From a virus (lineage: Duplodnaviria > Heunggongvirae > Uroviricota > Caudoviricetes), in IMG/VR virus record IMGVR_UViG_3300046000_008568, positions 30,501-94,500 of that record: 64,000 nucleotides of DNA; one strand, 5' to 3'. The notes beneath the pieces are model-generated. The model saw only the letters and a list, made by a program, of their open reading frames with translations, was not told the DNA's origin and searched no databases. Both the position numbers and the translations under genes were made by a program. This document shows, piece by piece, positions 56,002 through 64,000 of this stretch; the stretch's first letter is position 1, and every line of letters begins with the position of its first letter.

Positions 56002-58587
56002 ATGTATCAAGCAATTTATTACAATAGAAGCGCAAAGCAATATCATTTAAGAGATGACAAAAAAGGATGGGTTGAGTTCCAATACCGTCCTACTTGTTAT
56101 GTTGCTAACGAAAGAGGAGAATACCAAACTTTAGAAGGCAATAGAGTAACTCCAACCAAACAATACACCTACAAAGACACTAGCGCTTATGAAAGCGATG
56201 TGGACAAATTTACTCGTATTCTAGTAGATACATACTATGAATCAGATGATGTATCATCATATCAAAATATAGTTTATTTAGATATTGAGTGTGAAATAGC
56301 AGGAGCACTTACTCAAGACAGTGTTCGAAATCCTCAAGGTAAAATAACTGCTATTGCATTGTACGATAATAATTCTACAACTTATTTCTGTTATATATTA
56401 GATGAAGCACAAGCTATGACTCCTTCTGAAACAGAAGGCAGAAGCATCATACCTTGCCCATCAGAGAAAGACTTATTAGCACGATTTCTTAATAAATGGG
56501 AAGAATTAGACCCAACCATTATATCAGGTTGGAACAGCGAATTCTTCGATATACCGTACTTATATCATCGAATGGCCAAGGTATTGGGAAAAGAAGAGGC
56601 CGTGCGTATATCGCCGTTAAATCAAGTAGATGACACTGAATTCTTGGGAGTTAAAACCACTACTATAGCAGGTTTAAACCATCTTGATTATATGTTATTG
56701 TTTAAAAAATATGTAACAACTCAAGAACCATCTTATGCTCTAGGAAATGTGGGTGAAAAATATGTTAACTTAGGCAAACTTGAATATTTAGGATCTTTAG
56801 ATAAATTATTTAAAGACGATATTCAAAAGTTTATAGATTATAATATTCGAGACGTTGAAATTATTATTGAATTAGAGAAAAAACTTAAATTCATTGATTT
56901 AACAGTTACAGTGTGTCATTTATGTCATGTACCATATAATCAAATTTATATGTCAACTATGTTAAATGAAGGCGCTATTTTAACTTATTTAAAACGTAAA
57001 GGTATAGTTTCACCAAACAAACCTACAACATATAATCCTTCATTACGAGATATTAAAGAAGAATATGCTGGTGGTTATTTAAAAGATCCAACACCGGGAT
57101 TATACGAATGGGTTATTGACTTAGATTTTACATCACTGTACCCATCAATTATTCGTTCCTTAAACATAGGCATTGAAACATTAGTAGGACGTATTGTAAA
57201 TAGAGATAAATACGATAACCAATGGTCCCTTAAAGAATTAAAATTGCTCAACCCAGAAACTGAAGTTACTATTGAACGAATTAACGCTAATCGAGGAGTA
57301 GTTCGTTCTACTGTAAAAGTAGGTAAAATGGTTGAATTAATTGAACAAGAAAACTGGATTATATCTGCTCCTGGTGTTATATTTAGTAAAACTAAGGAAA
57401 GTGTAGTTTGTGAAATATTAACAGATTGGTTTAATAAAAGAAGTGAATATAAAGCGTTAATGAAAGATGCTTTTAAAGTTAAAAAAGATCCAATATTAGG
57501 AGACTTTTACAATAGAAGACAACACGCTTATAAAATTAAATTAAATGATGTTTACGGATGTTATGCTATTAATGGTTGGAGATACACGGATGGACATAAA
57601 TTTATATCTAAAGCAATTACCTTAACAGGACAACGATTAATTCAAGAATCTATTAAACATGTAAACAACTGGATGAATACCCAGATTAATACAGAAGGTA
57701 TAGATTATATTGTAACATCCGATACCGATTCACTTTTTATTCAAGTTAAAGATTTACTTAGACAGAGATATCCTGATTTAGATTTAAACAATAGAGAAGA
57801 AACAGTTAAATACGTTTTGGAGATTGCTACTGAAGTACAACAAATTGCAAATGATAACTTACATGGTTTAGTAGTTGAATTGTTTAATCTTCATGATAGA
57901 GAGCATTACTTTGATTTAAAACAAGAGGTTGTACTCGAACGAGGTTATTTTGCAGGTAAAAGACGTTACGCTCAATTTATTGTAAATAAAGAAGGTGTTC
58001 CTGTTGAAGAGTTAGATATTAAAGGTTTAGACCTAATGAAATCAAATTTTCCACCATACTTTAGAAACTTTGCAAAACAGTTACTTCAAGATATTATGTT
58101 TGGTAAACCTAAACCTGATATAGATAAGCAAATCCTAGCATTTAGAGAAAGTATAGATACAGTAGATTGGAAATTATTATTAAAACCTACTGGATTAAAG
58201 AATGTAAGTGGGTACATCGCTTCATCTCCCAGATCCGGTGAGATATTTTCTAAACTCGAAACAAAATGCCCAATCAACACTAAATCAGCTATATATTATA
58301 ATGATTTGCTTAGATTTAAAAAATTAGATAAACAATTTAATACATTCCAAATTGGAGATAAAATGTTCATTGCTTATTTAAAAGATAACCCATATAAAAT
58401 AGAAGTAATAGGGTTTAACGGATATAATGACCCTCCATTTATTACAGAATTTATAGAAAAGTATTTAGACAAAACTAAAATTTTTGATTCTATTCTACGA
58501 AATAAATTAGAAACTATTTATGATGATTTAAAGTGGGGAAAACCTATATTCAATAATAACATAAATAAATTTTTTAAATTTGGATAA
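56002..58587 (+). CDS. Family-B DNA polymerase with 3'-5' exonuclease (gp43-like)
   Basis: LDIECE, WNSEFFDIPY, YNIRDV; DFTSLYPS, KIKLNDVYG, SDTDS. Confidence 0.95.
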   Translation: MYQAIYYNRSAKQYHLRDDKKGWVEFQYRPTCYVANERGEYQTLEGNRVTPTKQYTYKDTSAYESDVDKFTRILVDTYYESDDVSSYQNIVYLDIECEIAGALTQDSVRNPQGKITAIALYDNNSTTYFCYILDEAQAMTPSETEGRSIIPCPSEKDLLARFLNKWEELDPTIISGWNSEFFDIPYLYHRMAKVLGKEEAVRISPLNQVDDTEFLGVKTTTIAGLNHLDYMLLFKKYVTTQEPSYALGNVGEKYVNLGKLEYLGSLDKLFKDDIQKFIDYNIRDVEIIIELEKKLKFIDLTVTVCHLCHVPYNQIYMSTMLNEGAILTYLKRKGIVSPNKPTTYNPSLRDIKEEYAGGYLKDPTPGLYEWVIDLDFTSLYPSIIRSLNIGIETLVGRIVNRDKYDNQWSLKELKLLNPETEVTIERINANRGVVRSTVKVGKMVELIEQENWIISAPGVIFSKTKESVVCEILTDWFNKRSEYKALMKDAFKVKKDPILGDFYNRRQHAYKIKLNDVYGCYAINGWRYTDGHKFISKAITLTGQRLIQESIKHVNNWMNTQINTEGIDYIVTSDTDSLFIQVKDLLRQRYPDLDLNNREETVKYVLEIATEVQQIANDNLHGLVVELFNLHDREHYFDLKQEVVLERGYFAGKRRYAQFIVNKEGVPVEELDIKGLDLMKSNFPPYFRNFAKQLLQDIMFGKPKPDIDKQILAFRESIDTVDWKLLLKPTGLKNVSGYIASSPRSGEIFSKLETKCPINTKSAIYYNDLLRFKKLDKQFNTFQIGDKMFIAYLKDNPYKIEVIGFNGYNDPPFITEFIEKYLDKTKIFDSILRNKLETIYDDLKWGKPIFNNNINKFFKFG

Positions 58588-58610
58588 TCAAAAAATAATT
58601 ATTATATTTA
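58579..58610 (+). promoter_or_regulatory. Bacteroidota-type promoter (TTTG-N20-TATATTTA)
   Basis: Exact 20-nt spacer. Confidence 0.65.
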
Positions 58611-58614
58611 CAAT

Positions 58615-59355
58615 ATGATTCAAAAATTAGACTTAGTAGAAAATATTGAAAAATACTACCTTGGTGGTATTGTTGAAAGTGTTAAATGGAAAGTATCCAA
58701 TAAAAAACTTCACATTGATTTCGTATCACCACATCAAGACTTAGTAGGTCATGTTGAATGTGATATTGAATTAACTGATGGTGTTTTAGGTATATTTAAC
58801 ACTAGTAGTTTATTAAAATTGTTAAGTATTTTAGATATGGATATTCTAATTACTATTGAACAACAGTTTAAAACACCTGTAAAATTATTAATTGAGGATT
58901 CTAATTTCTCACTTCAATACTCATTAGCCGATCCATATGTTATTGCTCCCTCACCTTCAATAGACGAACCAGAATATGAAACTACGTTTACTATTGATGC
59001 TGAATTTATAACTAGATTTTCTAAAGCAAAAAGCGCATTAGGTGCGAATACTAAAGACATATGTCGAGTATCTAATACGGTGCATGAAGATGGAAATAAG
59101 CAAGTAAAGTTTATATTAGGTGAACCAACATCTCATTCTAATAAAATAGAATTCACCTGCGATGCTTCATATGAATCTGATCAGTCCAATATCCTCCCAT
59201 TTAATTCAGCTCATATTAAAGAAATTCTTAATGCTAATAAAAATGACATTACAGAAGCTAAAGGATCAATTAGTATGAAAGGGTTACTTAAATTAGAATT
59301 TATTACTGAAACTGGAGTATCAACTTATTACTTACCTGAACTAAGAACTACGTAA
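58615..59355 (+). CDS. Sliding clamp (gp45-like)
   Basis: 246 aa next to polB and clamp loader; GIFNTSSLLKLL, YSLADP. Confidence 0.7.
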   Translation: MIQKLDLVENIEKYYLGGIVESVKWKVSNKKLHIDFVSPHQDLVGHVECDIELTDGVLGIFNTSSLLKLLSILDMDILITIEQQFKTPVKLLIEDSNFSLQYSLADPYVIAPSPSIDEPEYETTFTIDAEFITRFSKAKSALGANTKDICRVSNTVHEDGNKQVKFILGEPTSHSNKIEFTCDASYESDQSNILPFNSAHIKEILNANKNDITEAKGSISMKGLLKLEFITETGVSTYYLPELRTT

Positions 59356-59564
59356 TGGAACAAATGATTAAAGTAAACGATGACTTGTTCTTAATAAAAA
59401 GAACAACTAACGAATTATATGAACGTTTTGCAAGTTTATGGAATGAAACATCTATAAACCACAAAACATTTAAAAAAGATGGCCGAATGTACTTCTGTGA
59501 ACTTATAGAAGAGGCCCAAATTATAGAAGATAATATTAACCAAAAACAAGAAGAAAATGATTAA
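59355..59564 (+). CDS. Hypothetical protein
   Basis: 69 aa, TAATG-coupled. Confidence 0.55.
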   Translation: MEQMIKVNDDLFLIKRTTNELYERFASLWNETSINHKTFKKDGRMYFCELIEEAQIIEDNINQKQEEND

Positions 59565-59853
59565 AGCAGTATGGGATGCCATAATTGTAAAGGCAGACGA
59601 GAAAAATGACCGTATGCATGGGAAATTTATTATTCCCGATTTAAGCCAAGAAAAAGCAATAATTGGAACAGTTACCGATGTAGGACCAGGAAAATGGAAT
59701 GCAGCTGGAACCGAAAGAGTTCCTATGTCCTTTAAAATAGGGGATAGAGTGTTATTACCTCAAGTAGGATTAACCAAACTAGAGTGGGATGGAATAGAAT
59801 ACTTAGCAACCTCAGAGGCTACAGTATTAGGATTAATTGAAGAACAAAACTAA
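59557..59853 (+). CDS. groES: Co-chaperonin GroES
   Basis: DAIIVK, GKFIIPD, GTVTDVGPG, KIGDRVL. Confidence 0.88.
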   Translation: MIKAVWDAIIVKADEKNDRMHGKFIIPDLSQEKAIIGTVTDVGPGKWNAAGTERVPMSFKIGDRVLLPQVGLTKLEWDGIEYLATSEATVLGLIEEQN

Positions 59854-59855
59854 AT

Positions 59856-61487
59856 ATGAAAACAGCCTTTAATCAAGAAGCTAAAGAGAAATTAGCAAAG
59901 GGTATTAAAACCGTAGCAGATGCTGTTGGTTCTACCTTAGGTCCATACGGACGAAATGTATTATTCCTTGACGAATATGGAAGTGTACGTAGTACAAAAG
60001 ATGGTGTAACTGTAGCTAAAGAGCTTAAAAATCTTGAGGATCCTATTGAACATATGGGTGCTCAAATGATAAAAGAAGCATCTATTAAAACGGCTGATAA
60101 AGCCGGAGATGGAACTACTACATCAACTGTATTAGCTAATGAGTTAATTCAAAAAGCATTTAGCAGTATAAACACTAATACTAATGTAGTATCTGTAAAA
60201 AAAGGTATTGAAGCCGGAGCTGCTGAGGTGTTAGCAGGTTTAAAACAAATTAAACGTGAAATTACTTCTCCTGAACAAATTAAACAGGTAGCTACTATTT
60301 CTGCTAACAATGATGAAGAAATTGGAGCATTAGTTGCTGAAGCAATGGAATTAGTAGGACAAGATGGTGTGGTAACGGTTGAAGAATCTAAAACAGGAGA
60401 AACATCATTAGAAACAGTTGAAGGTATCCAATTCGATAGAGGATACAAATCAATGTATTTTGTAACTGATAATAACTCAATGTCAGCCACATTACAAAAC
60501 CCAGTAATCTTAATTTATAACGGACGTTTAGTATCAGTTAAAGAATTACTTCCAATTCTTGAAGGTGCTTCTCAAACAGATAGTTCATTATTAATCATTG
60601 CTGAAGATATTGATGGTGAAGCATTATCTACGTTGATCGTAAATAAAATGAGAGGTATGTTAAAAGTAGTAGCAGTTAAAGCTCCTGATTTTGGAGATAG
60701 ACGTGCTGCTGTTTTAGAAGATATTGCTACTGTAACTGGTGGAACTGTAGTAACACCTGAAAAAGGTATGAAATTAGACAGATTTAATTCTGAATGGTTT
60801 GGTACTTCTAGAGTTGTAACTGTAACTAAAGATACTACTACAATTGTAGATGGTAGAGGTGAAGAAACAGCTGTTCAAGAACGCGTATCTGAACTTAAAG
60901 AGCAAATCAACAAGGCAACCTCAGCGTTTGAAAAAGAACATTTACAAGAACGTTTAGGTAAATTAGTAGGTGGTGTAGCCGTAATCAACATTGGTGGTGC
61001 TACTGAAACCGAAATTAAAGAGAAAAAAGACCGTATCGATGATGCTTTACAAGCAACAAAAGCTGCTTTAGAAGAAGGTTTATTGCCTGGTGGTGGTATT
61101 GCTTTATTAGAAGCTAGAGAAGGAATTACTCAAAACAAAACAGACGGAGGTGATTTTAACTTAGGTAAAAGAATCGTTTACACTGCTTGTGGTGCTCCAT
61201 TCTTAAAAATCCTTACAAACGCTGGTATTGAAACTACAAATGAAATAGTTTTTGATCTTCGTAAAGCTAGAGAGGATAACCCAGAAACAGGTCGTACATT
61301 TGGGTATAATATAAAAACAGAAACAGTAACAGATATGTTTGAAGCTGGTATTATCGATCCGATGAAAGTAGTACGTACCGCGTTAGCAAATGCTGTATCT
61401 GTTGCCGGGACTGTATTAATAACAGAATGTGTACTTTATAACGAACCTAAAAAAGATAAAGATGATCAACAACACCCTATGGGTTGA
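59856..61487 (+). CDS. groEL: Chaperonin GroEL
   Basis: TLGPYGRNV, TKDGVTVAK, AGDGTTT, VKAPDFGDRR, GIIDPMKV. Confidence 0.97.
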   Translation: MKTAFNQEAKEKLAKGIKTVADAVGSTLGPYGRNVLFLDEYGSVRSTKDGVTVAKELKNLEDPIEHMGAQMIKEASIKTADKAGDGTTTSTVLANELIQKAFSSINTNTNVVSVKKGIEAGAAEVLAGLKQIKREITSPEQIKQVATISANNDEEIGALVAEAMELVGQDGVVTVEESKTGETSLETVEGIQFDRGYKSMYFVTDNNSMSATLQNPVILIYNGRLVSVKELLPILEGASQTDSSLLIIAEDIDGEALSTLIVNKMRGMLKVVAVKAPDFGDRRAAVLEDIATVTGGTVVTPEKGMKLDRFNSEWFGTSRVVTVTKDTTTIVDGRGEETAVQERVSELKEQINKATSAFEKEHLQERLGKLVGGVAVINIGGATETEIKEKKDRIDDALQATKAALEEGLLPGGGIALLEAREGITQNKTDGGDFNLGKRIVYTACGAPFLKILTNAGIETTNEIVFDLRKAREDNPETGRTFGYNIKTETVTDMFEAGIIDPMKVVRTALANAVSVAGTVLITECVLYNEPKKDKDDQQHPMG

Positions 61488-62373
61488 GAAATATAGGTCA
61501 CAAACTTTAGAACAATACGTTGGAAATGAGGGTATAAAAGCCTTCATTTCTAAATGTATTACTAATAATGATATTCCTCACCTATTATTCTATGGTAAAG
61601 CAGGTACAGGTAAAACTACCTTAGCTAAATTAATCACTAGAAATATTAAATGTGATTTGATGTACATAAATGCATCGGATGAAAGAGGTATAGATACTAT
61701 TAGAGAAAAGATTGTTGACTTTGCTTCTGTAAATAGTTTTAACCCTATAAAGGTTGTTATTTTAGATGAAGCAGATTACCTTACACCTCAAGCACAAGCA
61801 GCTTTGCGTAATGTTATGGAAACATATTCTGCTAAAACTAGATTTATATTAACAGCAAATTATGCTGAGCGTATAATTGATCCGTTAAAAAGCAGATGTC
61901 AAACATTTCATATTGAACCACCAACAAAAGGTGAAGTAGCCAAACATACTGCTGGTATCTTAGACCAAGAAGGAGTGTCATATAAATTACCAGCATTAGC
62001 TGGAATAATTAAAACCTATTACCCAGATATTAGAAAAATTATTAATGTTGCTCAACAGTCAATAGATGATAATAATACATTAAATCCTGGGGCATTAATC
62101 GCCAATGTTGAAGACGTATTAAACACCATTATACTGCTGTTAAAAGCACGACCTAAGAGTGTTTGGGCAGATATACGACAAGCAGTAGTCGATGAAGATA
62201 TCAACGATTTTATACCGTTATTTACGGGATTATATGAGCGAGCAACAGAATATACTTCATCTCCTCCTGATGTAGCAATACATGCCGCCCAATATATGTG
62301 GCAAAATAACACAATAGCTGATAAAGAATTAAACTTTATGGCTTTTACATCTCAACTATTAAAAATTAAATAA
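61462..62373 (+). CDS. Clamp loader large subunit (gp44/RFC-like AAA+)
   Basis: LWVEKYR, GKAGTGKT, NASDERG, ILDEAD, SRC; ATG 61462 overlaps the groEL end. Confidence 0.92.
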   Translation: MINNTLWVEKYRSQTLEQYVGNEGIKAFISKCITNNDIPHLLFYGKAGTGKTTLAKLITRNIKCDLMYINASDERGIDTIREKIVDFASVNSFNPIKVVILDEADYLTPQAQAALRNVMETYSAKTRFILTANYAERIIDPLKSRCQTFHIEPPTKGEVAKHTAGILDQEGVSYKLPALAGIIKTYYPDIRKIINVAQQSIDDNNTLNPGALIANVEDVLNTIILLLKARPKSVWADIRQAVVDEDINDFIPLFTGLYERATEYTSSPPDVAIHAAQYMWQNNTIADKELNFMAFTSQLLKIK

Positions 62374-62374
62374 A

Positions 62375-62593
62375 ATGGATCAAAAAGAATTGAACATGAA
62401 TGTGGCTTTAAAAGACACAACAGCTATTACTTGTGAAGAATGCGGGCATAGTGTATTTCAAGAAGGAGTATTACTTCGTAAAATATCTCGATTTGTAACA
62501 GGAACTTCCCAAGATGCTCTTATGCCTATACCAGTATTTGCTTGTGCTAACTGTGGACACGTGAATGCTGAATTTATGCCTAAAGATAAATAA
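62375..62593 (+). CDS. Small zinc-finger protein
   Basis: CEECG...CANCG. Confidence 0.65.
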   Translation: MDQKELNMNVALKDTTAITCEECGHSVFQEGVLLRKISRFVTGTSQDALMPIPVFACANCGHVNAEFMPKDK

Positions 62594-62595
62594 AA

Positions 62596-63045
62596 ATGAC
62601 AGTATTTGATTGGATGAAACAGGTAACCTATATACGGGATCCTTGGCATACCTTTAGTGATGAAGACAAAGAAAGTTTTAATGTCTATATGCTTCACAAA
62701 GTTATATCAATGCATGAGCCCTATATTGAATTAGCTAACTATTTACAAACGTTATGGTTATTAACTCCTGAGCAAATCTATACTATATATTGTGGTTATT
62801 TACCTGAAAATAAAATATTTGCTAAATATATTAAATCAAGTAAAACCAAAGCAAATTATGATTTAGTTACTATATTAGCTAATCATTACCAATTATCAAC
62901 AAGGGAGATAAAATCTTATCTACATATATTAAGTGAAGATGAAATAAAAAATGTTTTAACTAGCAGAGGAATGAATGATGATGAAATACAAAAACTATTA
63001 AATGAAAAAAGTACCAAAGCATCTAAAGCCTCTACTGGAGCATAA
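62596..63045 (+). CDS. Clamp loader small subunit (gp62-like)
   Basis: Position after gp44-like gene; FNVYMLHK..S, FAKYIK. Confidence 0.55.
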   Translation: MTVFDWMKQVTYIRDPWHTFSDEDKESFNVYMLHKVISMHEPYIELANYLQTLWLLTPEQIYTIYCGYLPENKIFAKYIKSSKTKANYDLVTILANHYQLSTREIKSYLHILSEDEIKNVLTSRGMNDDEIQKLLNEKSTKASKASTGA

Positions 63046-63943
63046 AGCTGAAGAGATTAATTGGGAAGTGGATAAAATTGTATCTTATTCCCAATTTTCA
63101 ACTTGGAAACAATGCCCACATAAATGGAAACTTCAAAACGTAGATAAACTTAAAAATCCACCTAGTATTCATTTGATATTTGGGACGGCAATACATACCG
63201 CTTTACAACATTATTTAAAAATAATGTATGAGCAAAGTGGAGCTGCTGCTGATAGAGAAGATATAGTTCAATTATTTGAAGATAGTCTTAGAGCAGAATA
63301 TAAAAAAGGTTTTGAACAGAATAAACAAACCCATTTTTCAAATGCTGAAGAAATGGCTGAGTTTTTTGAAGATGGAAAAACAATATTAGAATACTTCAAA
63401 AGAAAAAAAGGAGGATACTTTTCAACTCGTAAAACACATCTTGTAGGAATAGAATTTCCATTATCATATGCACCACATGAAGATTATCCTAACGTTAAGT
63501 TTAAAGGATTTATTGATCTTATCTTCTATAATGAGAATTCAGAGAAGCTGTATATCTATGATATAAAAACCTCAACTCGTGGTTGGAAAGATAAAGATAA
63601 AAAAGATGAAACTAAAACATCTCAAATCTTACTTTATAAATCTTACTTTAGTAAAATATTTAATTGGGATATCGATAAGATAGAAGTTGAATTCTTTATT
63701 GTTAAAAGAAAAATTTGGGAAGAAAGTGATTTTCCCATTCCCCGAATTCAAGAATTCTTCCCACCATCAGGGACAAGAAAACGTTTGAATGCTACAGAAG
63801 CTTTTCGTACATTCATTGAAGATTGCTTCACTACAGAAGGTAAACCACAAGAAAAAGAATTTACAAAAATTGTAAGTCCGTTATGTGGGTGGTGTCAATT
63901 TAATGATAAACCTTCTCTCTGTAGTAAAGTTAATTCTTTATAA
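63002..63943 (+). CDS. PD-(D/E)XK nuclease, Cas4/AddB-like with putative Fe-S cysteines
   Basis: QCPHKW, GTAIH, GFIDL, DIKT, LCGWCQF..C. Confidence 0.8.
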   Translation: MKKVPKHLKPLLEHKAEEINWEVDKIVSYSQFSTWKQCPHKWKLQNVDKLKNPPSIHLIFGTAIHTALQHYLKIMYEQSGAAADREDIVQLFEDSLRAEYKKGFEQNKQTHFSNAEEMAEFFEDGKTILEYFKRKKGGYFSTRKTHLVGIEFPLSYAPHEDYPNVKFKGFIDLIFYNENSEKLYIYDIKTSTRGWKDKDKKDETKTSQILLYKSYFSKIFNWDIDKIEVEFFIVKRKIWEESDFPIPRIQEFFPPSGTRKRLNATEAFRTFIEDCFTTEGKPQEKEFTKIVSPLCGWCQFNDKPSLCSKVNSL

Positions 63944-63975
63944 ATTCACATATATTTATATCCAAATATATAATT

Positions 63976-64000
63976 ATGGCAAGTAAAAATGACAAACTTA
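63976..64000 (+). CDS. Start of an ORF truncated by the window end
   Basis: ATG at 63976 after an ATATTTAT motif at 63952. Confidence 0.4.

Noticed and set aside
1659-62697. All minus-strand ORFs and nested + strand ORFs in the track (e.g. 9794-10072, 14841-15188, 18237-18632, 48053-48433, 60149-60490)
   Set aside because: They overlap well-supported genes, have no motifs, and reflect codon bias or repeat shadows
63002-63943. CRISPR adaptation (Cas4) system
   Set aside because: A stand-alone Cas4/AddB-like nuclease is common in phage replication modules; no cas1/cas2 or array in the window
1-64000. Alternative genetic code (stop-codon reassignment)
   Set aside because: Long ORFs tile the + strand under the standard code, and TAG (43732) and TGA (61487) act as stops

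Overview
AT-rich, gene-dense segment of a large contractile-tailed (T4-like/jumbo) phage; nearly all credible genes lie on the + strand. The host is probably Bacteroidota, inferred from promoter architecture, absence of Shine-Dalgarno sites, a lipoprotein and the tmRNA resume context. 1-29.7 kb is virion morphogenesis: modular Pro/Ser/Thr-linker appendage proteins, a trypsin-like protease, a fibre with 50 exact-phase 14-aa repeats, neck, tail terminator, sheath, tube, a frameshift-linked chaperone pair, tape measure and baseplate. 29.7-38.7 kb is replication and nucleotide metabolism: family-A polymerase, SSB, RecA-like, 5'-3' exonuclease, DnaB-like helicase and class I RNR. 38.8-48.5 kb holds a dispersed 7-deazaguanine pathway (queD, TGT/DpdA-like, queC, queE, folE) plus a PRTase and a MazG-like enzyme. 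It is interrupted by an RNA operon (unannotated lipoprotein, ~260-nt structured RNA candidate, aberrant tRNA-like RNA, tmRNA with a 35-aa tag) and by a lysis cassette. 48.9-56 kb is a six-gene glycosyltransferase cluster with GT60-like and PLOD-GT-like members. 56-64 kb encodes family-B polymerase, sliding clamp, GroES/GroEL, clamp loader and a Cas4/AddB-like nuclease. The best candidates for novelty are a phage-encoded mucin-type virion glycosylation system and the ncRNA / tRNA-mimic / long-tag tmRNA operon. All family calls come from motif recognition by eye; no database searches were run.
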